Source: Octopus sinensis (taxonomy: Eukaryota). From it: DNA of 64,000 nucleotides. The stretch's first letter is position 1; every line of letters begins with the position of its first letter. The stretch spans positions 23,870,001 to 23,934,000 of the forward strand of contig NC_043002.1 in assembly GCF_006345805.1 (NCBI RefSeq). Reading direction: 5' to 3'. Below, in pieces: positions 1 through 12,576 of the stretch. The notes under the pieces were generated by a model. It was not told the DNA's origin and searched no databases. It worked only from the letters and a program-made list of their open reading frames with translations. The translations under genes were made by a program, and so were the position numbers.

Positions 1-44
1 TATGCATGCGAGTATGAAATTGATAGTATATGTATGTTGTAGGC

Positions 45-84
<40 letters not shown>

Positions 85-136
85 GTGCGTGTGTATGTGT
101 GGTTGTGTGAGATGTTGATTGATTTTTTATGAATGG

Positions 137-173
<37 letters not shown>

Positions 174-1139
174 GTTTGTGTGCACCTATGTTGTCATTCT
201 TGTTTAAGCGTAAGTCATCACTGGTAAGGCAAGCTTATATTCAAAGAGATTCCAGCCATGGCCATCCTTCTTTTTAAGGACTATATAGGCATGCATTTTC
301 TAATATGTCCTTTCCTTTCCCCAAAAGACAGGCCGTGATTTCAGTGTGATTTGGCTGCTCTTTCTAACAGATCGTACAACCACATTGAGGTTTCCCTATC
401 TGATCGCATACATATATATTGTCGCCAACACTATCTGTATGCGTATATGTATGTGTATACAGTCTGTGGTTGTGTATTTATGAAGTGTACACTGGCAGTG
501 TACATGACTATAGGTAGGAAATACCTAATATAAATCAGTAATTTGTGTAATAATGTACATATGGGTGTTCATATGTGCAGTGAACGTTAGTATATGGATT
601 AGTATATGTATGTGTATATGTATGGTGTTACGTAACTGTATGTATATAGAATTGAGTAATGCATAGTTTTGACTGATGTCTGTGTGTGTGTGTGTGTGTG
701 TGCATATATATATATATATACATACACACACACATATATATATATATATATTTGTATATGCTTGAGTGTGTACGTGCAGGTGTGAACGCATATATGTGTA
801 TATATGCACGTGCTTATTGCGTATGTTGTGCATGTAAATGTAAAGTGTAAGCATCTATGTATGTGTAAAATCTAAATAGATAGATACATGTGTGTATATA
901 TATATACACATACACACACACACACATACATACATATACATATATTTACACATATATATACATATACATGTGTAAGTATACATATAGACATAAATATATA
1001 TGAATGCATATGTATGTATGTATTATGTATGCATGTATGTATGTCTATGTATGTATGTATGTATGTATGTATGTATGATGTATGTATGTATGTATGTATG
1101 TCTAGTCTTTTCCATCTCTTCATCTGTTATTCTATATAT

Positions 1140-1596
1140 ATATATAGAATAACAGATGAAGAGATGGAAAAGACGAAACATGAAATATGAATGGTAGAGG
1201 CGTAAGAGAAAGAAGGGACTATAAGGCTTAGACGAAGGATGTAGAAGAATTTAATGTAGAAAATAAGAAATGTTAAAAAAAAGGGGGGTAGATGAGAGTG
1301 AGGAAACCAGAAGAAAAGGAACGAGGAAGGTAGAGAAAGATAATAGATAAAGAAATAGTGAGTGTGGAAGACAGAGCAGCCGGTAGATAAAAAAAGGGCA
1401 ATAGAGAAACGGAGGGGGAGTATACAAAGTATAAAGGGAGGGAGAGATCGAGAGAAAGAGCGAGAATAAATGTAAGGGAGAGTGAGAGGGAAAGACAAAA
1501 CAGGCGACAGACAACAGATGTAAGAGAAAGGTATTGATATAAAGAGTGTATAGAATATAAAAGGAAAGAGAGAATGATTGATACATAGTGAGCATT

Positions 1597-1634
<38 letters not shown>

Positions 1635-3870
1635 GATAAAAGTGAGTATGAGGAACAGAAAGTGAGAGACAGGGTGAGTGAGAGAGGAAAGATATAACAG
1701 ACGATAGACGAAAAAGAAGGTAGTGATAGCGACAGAGACAGAAAGTGAAAGTGAGAGAGAGTGAGAGAGATAGGGAGTGAGAGAGACAAGGAATGAGAGG
1801 GACAAGGAATGAGGGAGACAGGGAATGAGAGAGACAGGGAATGAGAGAGACAGTGAGAGTGAGAGGAAAGACATGTGAAAGAAAGGTAGCATGTAACGAA
1901 GTGTGAGAGACAAAAACCATAACTGACGACAGACGAAAATGAAAGGTTGAGAAATGAAAGATATGTAGAACATAAAAGGAGCAAGTGTGAGTATGTGCAT
2001 ATGTTTGTGTGTGTGAAAGAGAAAGAGATAGATAGATAGATAGAGAGAGAGAGATAGAGAGAGAGAGAGAGGAGGATAAAAGTGAGTATGAGGAACAGAA
2101 AGTGAGAGACAGGGTGAGTGAGAGAGGAAAGATATAACAGACGATAGACGAAAAAGAAGGTAGTGATAGCGACAGAGACAGAAAGTGAAAGTGAGAGAGA
2201 GTGAGAGAGATAGGGAGTGAGAGAGACAGGAATGAGAGGGACAAGGAATGAGGGAGACAGGGAATGAGAGAGACAGGGAATGAGAGAGACAGTGAGAGTG
2301 AGAGGAAAGACATGTGAAAGAAAGGTAGCATGTAACGAAGTGTGAGAGACAAAAACCATAACTGACGACAGACGAAAATGAAAGGTTGAGAAATGAAAGA
2401 TATGTAGAACATAAAAGGAGCAAGTGTGAGTATGTGCATATGTTTGTGTGTGTGAAAGAGAAAGAGATAGATAGATAGATAGAGAGAGAGATAAAGAGAG
2501 AGACGGGGAGGGAGGGATAGAGAGATAAAGAGAAAGAGAAAGTACTTTCGAGTGCGAAGGGTAAGTTCAGGATGAGTGGAAGTTAAGAAGGACGAAGTGG
2601 TGAGCGAGAATGAGAAAGAGAAAGACAGACAGATAGAGAGAGAGAGAGAGGGAAAAGATGAAAGAAAAGAAGTGAAGTGAAAGGAAAATGAAAAGTAAAT
2701 ATGAAATAAGAGAAAGAAGAAAAAAGAGAGGGAGAGATGAAAGGAAAAAGAAGGCAGAAGTTGAGAAAATGGAAAATGTGTAAGATAAAGAAATAAGGAA
2801 AGAGAGGGAGAGGAGAGCGAGCGAAAGGTATGGTGAGAGGAAATAGATTGAATGAAGAATATACAGTATACTGAGGAGTAATGATAGAGAGAAAGAGAAA
2901 GAGAAAGAAAGAAGGAATGAAACAAGAAAGAGAGAGAAGGATAATTTTGAAAGACGAAGCAAGACACGAGAGATAGAAGAAAGATATAAGCGATATGTAG
3001 TTGAGTGGGTGCTAAAGATAAAGACAAACGACAGAGGTGGATAAAGTCAATTTTTTAAAAAGAAAATGGAGAGGCGAGAAGATAGATTGGGGAAGAATAA
3101 CGGCAAAAGATTTTGGGATGAAAGGAACTCAAAAGTAAGAAATTAGATGAGGTTGGTAGATGACGAAAAAGAGATTTAGGAAAACGTACAAGAAAAGAAA
3201 AGAAAAGATAGGTAGGTAGGTAGGTAGAAATAGAGAGAAAGGGAGGGAGAGATAGAGAGACAGGGAGAGATAGAGATAGCGAGGTAAAATAAATGGAAGG
3301 AGAGAGTGAGAAGGTAACACAGAGACATCAGAGGTAAAAGAGACAATATCGAAGGAGAGAAGGTAACATAGAGACGGCAGAGGAAAGAAACACTGCGGAA
3401 GAAAGACGGTAATGAGACAGAGAGAGGGAGAGAGAGGATAGCCTAGATGGAGACAACAGAGAGGAGAGAGAAAGAGAGAGAGAGAGAGACAATAATGAAA
3501 GAAGGGGAAAACGAAAGTAGTTAAAATAGATGTAGATAACAGGAGAGAGACAGGGGTCAACATTGATAAAGCCGACTGGAATGATGAAAGAGTAGGAAAA
3601 GAGAGAAAGAGAGACTAGCATAAATGGAAGGAAAGAGAGAGAGAGAGAGAGAGAGAGAAGGGAAAGACGAAGAGAGATTTTTAAAAAATTGCAACAGATA
3701 AATATGGGGAGGGGTAGCAAGTATGATAGAGAAAGGAGGAAGAGAAACTGGAGGGAATATAGAAAGAGATCAAGTATTTGGTGATGTACTGAATGACGTA
3801 CGCAAAAAAAAAGGAAAAATTTCAATGAGTTGAAATTGTCTCTTAGCTGGGGAGAAAGACGAAAGCCTAG
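1140..3870. repeat. Long degenerate purine-rich (GA/GAA/GATA) low-complexity tract
   Basis: About 2.7 kb of G/A-dominated sequence on +. It produces the spurious Leu/Ser/Phe-rich minus-strand ORFs. Confidence 0.9.
1631..2490 (+). repeat. Near-perfect 440-bp tandem duplication
   Basis: ggaggataaaagtgagtatgagg starts at both 1631 and 2071. The units match almost base for base and are bounded by (GA)n runs. Confidence 0.9.
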
Positions 3871-4137
3871 CGGCAATTTCTAGCTACTATCTAGAGAGGG
3901 GAGATAATTTGACGAAATTAATTAATTTCATAGATAATTTTATTTTTTGTTTTTCAATTTGTTTTGTAAGAATTTTGATCTGAAACCGTGTGTTGAAATC
4001 GATATTGTTATAAATTGGTGTTCTCACTTTAATGTAACCCTTCTAAATTATAACAACATTAAATTTCGTGTTTAGAGGGAAAATTTGATCGTTGTTAGCA
4101 GGCAAGGTAGACAACTGTGAACATGTTTTCGTCTTAC

Positions 4138-4220
4138 TTGACCTCATTAGCGGAACAGTTACAAATAATTGTGGCCAATAAAATTTGTATTATTACAAAA
4201 CATAAGCGGGCCAAAGGCAT
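4138..4220 (-). CDS. Probable first coding exon of a secreted or membrane protein (signal peptide); exon spans 4138-4241, rest of gene left of the window
   Basis: Minus strand reads tttgtttcttttccgacAG|ctacctaaatcatataaattcATG..., encodes MPLARLCFVIIQILLATIICNCSANEV + aa, and ends at a |GTAAGA donor (phase 2). Basic n-region, hydrophobic h-region, C-S-A cleavage-like end. Confidence 0.6.
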
Positions 4221-4569
4221 GAATTTATATGATTTAGGTAGCTGTCGGAAAAGAAACAAAATTAAAATAAAAGAACAACTTAGCAGCAGTTGTTAATAAC
4301 TTTAATAATAACAATAACAACAACAAGGGGAAATAATTTCACGGAATTTTAAAATTTCACTTGAATTTTAAATTTTAGTCTTAGTGGGGGCGATCTGATA
4401 TTTGTTACACGATGACAGCTATGGATATGTTTCAGTCTAGTAGAAATAGTTAGATGTAGTTTGATTGTTAAAGGTGAGGAGTCATTTTCTTTTTTCTTCA
4501 ATTTCTAATTTTTATCTGCTTTTTTTTCGTTTCTGACACACTCTTACTACTGCTTTCTACTGTAATCTG

Positions 4570-5560
4570 GTCTCTCTCTCTCTCTTTCTCTCCCCTTCTC
4601 TCTCCCCTCTCTATCTCTCTTTCTCCCTCTCTCCATCTCTAACATTCTCTTTTCTTCTTTCTGTTTGATACATTACCATACTCTCTCTTATATTTTCCTA
4701 TTTTACTTGCGGAAGAGAGAAGTAAAGAGAAAGGCAAAGAAAGAAAGTTAGAGTTAACTTTCTTTGTCTCCCTCTTTACCTCTCTCTGTCTCTCTTTCAG
4801 TCACATACTTTCTTTCACGCACGTTTTCTCTTTGATTCTCTCTCCTCTCTTTTTTTCCCCTTATTCTCTTTCTCTCGTACACATACATTTTCTCTCTATA
4901 ACTCGTAATTCTTTTTCTCCAATTTGCCAATTGCTCTCGCACTCGCTCCCTTTCTCTCCCTTAACCTTACACTCACAAGCATGCGCACGCACGCACGCAC
5001 ACAAACACACACACACACATTCACTCACATATCTCTCTCTTCCTGTCTTTCCCTTTCCACTGTTTCTTTCTCTTTGTTACTTCTCTTTCTCTCTCACTCC
5101 ATTTCTCCTTCTCCTGTCTTTATCACATCTTATATTTCTGTATCTCCTTACCAAAACTGTTATAAAAACCAGAATCCGTAGAGTCGGATTAAAATAGCAT
5201 GTAACTGTTTAGTTACGTCCCTTTATATTCCGAATGTAAATTCTGTGAAGGGTAAAATAAAGTACCGATCTCATCGGCTGTTCTTTCCTTGAAAATCTGT
5301 AAGAAAACCTGTTACAAGCCCTTATTTATCTGTTGCTTCCTTTCTCCCGCCTGTTTTCATGCATCCCTTCCATTTTCCTGTCGTTTTGTTTTCGTTCTCT
5401 TTCCCATTCTCTCTCTCTTTTCTCTTTCCCATTCTCTCTCTTTTCTCTTTCCCATTCTCTCTCTTTCTCTTTCCCATTCTCTCTCTCTTTTCTCTTTCCC
5501 ATTCTCTCTCTCTTTTCTCTTTCCCAATTCTCTCTCTTCTTGTCATCTCGTCATATTTTT
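4570..5560. repeat. CT-rich low-complexity tract interrupted by a unique island (5150-5330)
   Basis: (CT)n and ctcttttctctttcccatt-type repeats on +. Confidence 0.85.
5152..5296 (-). other. Candidate non-coding 5'UTR exon of the same minus-strand gene
   Basis: Minus-strand acceptor ggttttcttacAG and donor ttg|GTAAGG bound a 145-nt unique island within low-complexity DNA. In-frame TAA and no in-frame ATG relative to the 4220 start. Confidence 0.45.
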
Positions 5561-6121
5561 CCTTTAACAACCTCTTACTATCAGTGTGTCTGTCTGTGTC
5601 CGTCTCTCTATCAATACACACACATATACACACACTTATATAGCTTATTAACTAGTTAGCTATCAATCTATATAGATAATAAACGTTTTCATTTCTCCTT
5701 CGTCTTTTTTTTTTAAAGATCTTTTCCTCTCGTTCCTAAATTTAAGAAAATGTTTATCTACAAACACACTCACAAAAACACACACATACATACACACACG
5801 CGTATTGGCAAGCACAGACGCACTAACACATGTACTGACAAACATACACACACACATATACACACACATGTGTGAGTGTGTGGTTGCATTTGCGCGCGTG
5901 CATGTATGGAGAGACAGAAAGAGATAGAGTGCATGTGTATGTGTATGTGTGTGTGTATGTGCGTATCTGTGTGTGTCTGAGTATGTGCAGTGTAGTTGTT
6001 CATTCTGCATATATGCGCATGTATTTGTGGGAATGCATGAGCCTATGTGTGTGTCTATATAAATACGTACATATAATGGATACATACATGTGCACGCACA
6101 CAGACAGACAGACACAGACAC

Positions 6122-6153
<32 letters not shown>

Positions 6154-6173
6154 TCTGCATGTGTGTGTGTGTG

Positions 6174-6216
<43 letters not shown>

Positions 6217-6536
6217 TATGCATTATACATTCCATATGATTCCATAAGATTCCAGACGACCTTAACTCATGAAGGGGTCATAGAGGGCGTCATCGTGACC
6301 TATGGAGTGTCTTGGACGTTTTAAAAACCTGGCGGAACCCATCCCTCACCAGGACTGATTATAGTCGATTTCTTTCGGCGAGAAAGAATGAATGACTGAG
6401 AAAAGGGGGGAGAGAGAGTAAGAGAGTAAGAGAGAGAGAGTAAGAGAGAGAGAGAGTGAGAGAGAGTGAGAGAGAGAGAGAGAGACTAAGAGAGAGAGAG
6501 TAAGAGAGAGACAGAGAGAGTAAGAGAGAGAGACTA

Positions 6537-6592
<56 letters not shown>

Positions 6593-6594
6593 AA

Positions 6595-6745
6595 ATCGGA
6601 CCCGAGTACTTTCTTTACCAACATCGAAAGTATAGAAGGGTAAAGTTCACTTCGGCAGGATTTGAACTGAGAACTTGAATCATTGTAGCTAAATACTGCA
6701 AAGCATTTTGTTTGACGCTCCAAAGATTCTGTCAAACTACCACCC
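6595..6745 (-). mobile_element. Decayed 5' part of tRNA-derived SINE family A
   Basis: Reverse complement aligns by eye to the head of the copy at 59829 (gacagaatc...cagttcaaatcctgccg). Confidence 0.55.
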
Positions 6746-6923
6746 TCATTGGAACAAATAGTAATATAATTTCCAGATATTCTCCATAATAATATACAGG
6801 TAATTCCAAACCGCTAGTCTGTGATAGACTATAGTTTAAGGTATAGAAGGTCTCAGCTTCAATTTGAATCAAGACTGTTTTCCAATTGCAAATATTTTCA
6901 TGAACAATATCAATATTGAGTAA

Positions 6924-7013
6924 TGACGTCAGCAAAAATCTGACCAGTGAAATTATATATAAACATATCTTCGATTTTTTAATGTTGACGTCACCACAGA
7001 TCTGTCCAATCAG
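6924..7013. promoter_or_regulatory. Two full CRE palindromes plus CCAAT box
   Basis: TGACGTCA at 6924-6931 and 6986-6993, ccaatcag near 7006, in non-repetitive sequence. Confidence 0.4.
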
Positions 7014-7699
7014 ATTTGTTGTTCAGCACATAAAATGAAACCAGATCTGAAGAAAAATGACACAGCTTCATAAGCAAACAGTCTCGATGGCAAGAGCTTA
7101 GCGACGCGAGCAGCGAAGAATAAAGGCCAGAAAATTTTTGTATTTACCAGTTTCCACAGTTACAACTGCCAAAACTATGTGTTGTAAAAAAAACCTCTAC
7201 ACTAACGGTACCACACTCATCACCTTTTACAGACACATTCTTGCTTTTCTCTTGACACACATTGTACCATTATGAACAAAACTCTTCAGCTTTGCTTTAC
7301 TTTCTTTTCCTGGAACCGTCGTGTTCCATTTAAACTTTTAGCAATAAAATTAATAAATTCAAAATGAAAGCCTACTTTTTTCATTCATTCAACATTTCAA
7401 CCGTATCATTGTGAACAAAAAAAAAGGGGTGGGGAATATGGCCCGTTCCTAGCCAACGAAATTTTTGCATATTGACATTGCTAAGTATTGGACCCATTTC
7501 ATACGAAAAAGCTACTGTGGAGAAATAGAAACATCATGATGGAGAGTAATTTCAAACTTCTGCGTGCCATGGTACTCTTCATCTTGTAGTCATATGAACC
7601 CTCACGGTAGAGATACAGCGATTTGAGTTCTCAACTTCCGATGGAGTCGTACTAATACCGTCGTGACATATATATTATTTACTAGTCTTGTCCATCTGT

Positions 7700-8070
7700 C
7701 GTTGTTGTATGCCAGAGTTGGGGATCTCTGATAACCACTGGAAATTAGATACTATTGAAACATCTTAGATATCTCGTATTTGAACCACATCACTAATGAG
7801 CAGGTTTGTGAAATCGTCCCGCTTCGCATTAATCACGACGATGACTTCACAACGGTGAAGGAAATAAAGGTAAAATGACGTGAACACGAAGCCAAATCCA
7901 GTGGCCTTGAAAAGTCATTCTTTATGGAATTATGGAGAGGCGAACAGAGGAAAAGCGGATTGGAACCATCAAAGAATGGACAGGCAGAGGATTAGCAGAG
8001 ATCCAAGTTCTGGTACATGACCGTGCCAGATGGCGAGGACTGGCGTTCAGTACACATACCACAACTCCAT
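7700..8070 (+). mobile_element. RTE-clade LINE, decayed C-terminal fragment
   Basis: Broken translation ILDISYLNHITNEQV...TVKEIKVK*REHEAKSSGLEK...IKEWTGRGLAEIQVLVHDRARWR matches the RTE ORF end. Confidence 0.65.
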
Positions 8071-8739
8071 ATGATGGCTTTTGTTTTAGAAGGACATTGT
8101 AGAAATTCTTCGGTCAAAGAATTTTCCAAGCTAACGTGAGTTTACTGTGGAACTTCTTTGTTGTACTACTTCCACATATCTATCTACGTATATTATTATT
8201 CATGTTAACAATTTTAGTATATTTGGTTTACAAATGTAGTTGATAATGGATTGACATCCTTCTACTCTGTGATAATGGAGCAAAAACATGGAATATAAAA
8301 ACATAAATTCTTCGAAGTATAAGAAGTGCAATGGAATAACCCTTGCATCTCATGAGATGAAAAAAAAGTTGTTATAATCCATTACATTATAATCGAAATC
8401 ATTATAATCCATACGATTCTATTGGAAGTTGAGGGCTCAAACCAAGCTAAACCAAGTTAAGCCAGCGAAAGAATAAAATTTGATTCTTTTCTATATCTGT
8501 TAAAATTTGATTGAATTTCTAAGATGAAGAAATCCTCTCACACCTATGGAGCGCATTGGGTTTCGGTAAATTTTCACAAAAATTCAGATGGTACAAAATA
8601 GGTGCGTTTCAAACAAACTGATTTTGTGTTATCACTCTAAAGTCATATTTATATTCTAACCCCACTTTTTGTAATTTCATTTTTACTCCGTTGAATTACA
8701 AAATGTGGGGTTAGACAATCTTATAAACTTATCAAATAT

Positions 8740-9260
8740 TATTGCATTAACAATTTCTCTAACTCTTTCGTTGGTAATATCGTCTTACCACCTGATTCCT
8801 AATATTCCGTACAAGACCTTGTGCTCAAAAGTTAGAAATTTAATGTCAGGTGCAGTGGTATTGTGCCAAGATCGATGCTCATAAAGCAATATTGATCTTA
8901 CACAGAATACATATATTTTCACCTTGTCGAGATGCAGTTAGAACTTCCATATAAATTTTAACTTTCAAATGAATTTTAACATTGCTTGTTCAGCTTTATT
9001 AATTCCTTCCACAAACCTCAAACCAGTGAACCATTATTGTCAGCCAGTACTTTAAAAGATCTTTGGTTCTTGCACACTGTAATTGGAAGGATTGGCATAA
9101 TTTATATCCGCCATATCTGTCTTTGAATAGCTAACAACCAGACAAAATTATCCAATATTAGTTCCATCTCTTCTGTTGTATTCATCACCAGATCGTCTGC
9201 AAAAATCAAGATCGGCTAGCATTCTATTGTACCCACTTTCACTGAATTCCATAAATTTAG
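8740..9260 (-). mobile_element. RTE-clade LINE RT fragment
   Basis: LADLDF(A)DDLV (FADD motif) and KIYVFCVRSILLYEHRSW...GILGIRW*DDITNERVRE. Confidence 0.65.
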
Positions 9261-9455
9261 ATGGAGACAGTTTTGATGCACGTACGCGCATGTTTTTGTA
9301 TGTATGTATGTATGTATGTATGTATGTATGTATGTATGTATGCATGTACATACCTACGCACATTTATAATATATTATATATATATATATTTATGTAAATA
9401 TGTATATATATATGTGTGTGTGTGTGTGTGTGAGTGTGTGTGTGTGTGTGTGTGT

Positions 9456-9768
9456 GGCGGCACAATGGCCCAGTGGTTAGGGCAGCGGACTCGCGGTCGT
9501 AGGATCGCGGTTTCGATTCCCAGACCGGGCGTTGTGAGTGTTTTATTGAGCGAAAACACCTAAAAGCTCCACGACGCTCCGGCAGTGATGGGGGGAGGGT
9601 GATCCCTGCTGTACTCTTTCACCACTCTTTCTCTCACTCTTTCTTCTGTTGGCCTGCTTGCTTAGCCAGCGGGGTGGCGTCATTCGAAGGCTAAAACAAT
9701 GCGAACGCATTGTGACCAGCGATGTGTAACAACATCTGATGGTCTGGTCGGTCACGTGGTCACGTGAT
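9456..9768 (+). mobile_element. tRNA(Arg)-like SINE family C
   Basis: Intact Pol III A box TGGCCCAGTGG and B box GTTTCGATTCC. The head resembles tRNA-Arg and is followed by a non-tRNA body. Confidence 0.85.
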
Positions 9769-9839
9769 ATATATGTGTATGTATATACATATATTTATGT
9801 ATATATATATGTATGTATGTATGTGTATGTATGTATGTA

Positions 9840-10420
9840 CTAGCTGAATGGCCCGTCGTTGCCGGGTAACTTTTACACTAGAATGTCTTATAATAAATTT
9901 TTGTTTATTCCATATCAGACCATGCCTTCTCCGACAGATAGGCCTCTTGACCAGGAAAGATTCGTGCAATTTTTCGCAAAAACACTTCGTTGAGGATTCC
10001 TTGCCCTTTAAGATTATTTACATGTCTGTTCGACCGTTTCACATGACTTTATTCATTAAAACTTATCAAAACTTCAGAAATTCCTACAACTTTGGTCGTC
10101 GTATTGCTTTGCTTTCGTTTGTTTAATAAAAATTCCTCCTCACAATGATTTTGCTTTCATCTTGTGATAGATAGCTGTCATGCAGAAAATGTCAGCTTCC
10201 AAATCCTGTTTTCTGATGAGGTAAAATTGCTTAAATTTTAAAACACAGTAACATTTTTCTGCAATTTTTCTAGAATAAATAAATAACAAAATCGGATTTA
10301 ACGTAGAAAATTATTTCAATATACCAAATTTGAAAATTTTGACGTAATTTTAAAATTTCACAATATGTGACAGCAACAGGGAAGACCCTACAAATTTAGA
10401 GAGACTGATAGTTATAGGGT
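9840..10420 (-). mobile_element. Non-autonomous Helitron, 3' end (5' boundary uncertain)
   Basis: Minus strand ends acccggcaacgacgggcc hairpin + attcagCTAG|t, like the termini at 36479 and 61003. Confidence 0.6.
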
Positions 10421-10712
10421 GTGACACACACACACTGAAACATAAACACGCACACATTTACAAACGTACATTGATAATCACGAGTTTAAAATGGTGTATA
10501 CATATGTATGTATGTATATGTATTTATGTATGTATGTATATGTATATAATACGTATATGTATGTATGTATGTATGTATGTGTGTGTGTGAGTGTTTTTTT
10601 TTGCAATGGACAGCAGAAAGCCCCCTACCCCTCTCTCCTTAAAGCTACGTATTCTTCACACCCACCTTTTTTCCTTCTCCGGCGTTTTAGTAGTTATGTG
10701 CATGTGTGTATG

Positions 10713-10789
<77 letters not shown>

Positions 10790-11268
10790 GTGTGTGTGTG
10801 TGTAAGTATGCATGTATCTATGTATTTACGAAAGTATGTATGCAGAGTCCGGAGTATATCCGTGAATGACAGCTGTATTAACGTTAACATCCCACTGCCA
10901 CTCCATATTTATCGCTTACACAACGCTGTTCTTTCTTTCCCTGATATCAGCCACACTCACTATGCTACCACATTTTCCTCACACTAATACTCTTTTCACC
11001 CTTCTTATCTTATCAAATAATAGCCCAACCTCGCCCATTATTGAAATCCAATTAGCCTATAATTGAAATGGATGTTAATTCAACATATATGCAAAGTTTC
11101 GTCAAGATTAGCTCACTGGTGTGTCTGTGCATACATATATATATAATACGTACAGACACACAAACACATGTGTTTGCATAGATAAATGAATACAACTTAT
11201 TCAATGCAAACGCGAGCTAAGTTCTCAATACAAAATATAGAGCAATTTAAGATTTAAAAGGTGATAAA

Positions 11269-11365
<97 letters not shown>

Positions 11366-11487
11366 TGTATGTATGTATGTATGTATGTATGTAGCATTTA
11401 TATGAATAATATACAGTCTATTGACTAACCTTTCTATACGCTAGGCCACTGGTAGTAAAAATTTCTAAAATCTTTATTACCCTAATA

Positions 11488-11917
11488 GATTTGGGCAAGT
11501 GTCTTCTAATGTAGTTACGGGTCGACCAAATCCTTCTCAGTGGGTTTTATAGATGGAAACTGAAAGAAGCTTGTTGTATATACATACATTACATATACAC
11601 ATGCATACATACATACGTACGTACATGCATGTATACATACATACATACATATATACATACATACGTACACACATACATACATGCATGCATGTATGTATGA
11701 GTCTTTGTGCCTGTTTTTCGCCCACCACGAACTGACATCCGGTGTTGGTGTGTTTATGTTCCCGTGACTTAGCAGTTCGGCATAAGAAATGATAGAATAT
11801 GTACCAGGTTTTAAAACAATAAGTACTGGGGTCGATTCATTTGGCTAAAAATTCTTCAAGTCGGTGCCCCAGCATGACCGCGATCTAATGACTTTAACAA
11901 ATAAAAGATAAAAGATA
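11488..11917 (+). mobile_element. SINE family B, diverged copy with central microsatellite
   Basis: ttgggcaagtgtcttct core, (CATA)n middle, ...ccagcatgaccgc...aaagataaaagata tail. Confidence 0.75.
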
Positions 11918-12264
11918 CACGTTTCTATGTGCGTGTGCGTTCAGGTATGCATGTGTGCGCGAGTGAGTGAGTAAGGGTATGTTTGCAAATATATTTCTTT
12001 GAAATTTATTTGAATTCTTTCTTCTGCAGAATTCAAGCAGATCACTATAAAGCAGCAAGGCTCTTTTGTTTAAGTCAAGGCAGCTCTTGGAGTTTAACCT
12101 TTATCTGATTTGCATCAGGTGTGCATATACCTGTGTGTGCTGTACATATGCGAGTGCATGCGATAAACTTGCACTCTTGTACCGGATGTGCGTGTCGCAT
12201 TGATAAATAAGTGTGTGTGTGTGTTTAATTATAGCTTATGGCAAAGTTAACCTCAGCAGTATTT

Positions 12265-12576
12265 GAAGTCAGAACGTAAAGAGCCAGAAGAAATGTCGCT
12301 AAGCATTTTGTCCGAAGCACTAAAGTATCTACCAACTCGCCGCCTTATTTCTCTACTACCTACAAGGGGCTAAACACAGAGAGGTCAAACAAGGACAGAC
12401 AAAGAGATTAAGTCGATTACATCGACCCCAGTGAGTAACTGATACTTAATTTATCGACCCCGAAAGGATGAAAGGCAAAGTCGACCTCGGTGGAATTTGA
12501 ACTCAGAACGTAACGGCAGACGAAATACGGCTACGCTTTTCGCCTGGCGTGCTAACGTTTCTGCCAGCTCGCCCCC
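12265..12576 (-). mobile_element. SINE family A (full copy 12346-12576 plus an extra decayed head)
   Basis: Reverse complement of the 59829 copy, with B box gagttcaaattcc. Confidence 0.85.

Noticed and set aside
351-3876. Long minus-strand ORFs up to 584 aa
   Set aside because: Translations of GA/CT and CA/TA repeats (Leu/Ser/Phe or His/Thr/Tyr runs), with no domain or splice support.
9456-9530. Possible tRNA gene
   Set aside because: Acceptor stem does not close and the sequence continues into a SINE body.
12030-12118. Plus-strand exon-like segment (ttctgcAG...cag|GTGTGC)
   Set aside because: Stops in all three frames, weak donor, no partner exon.
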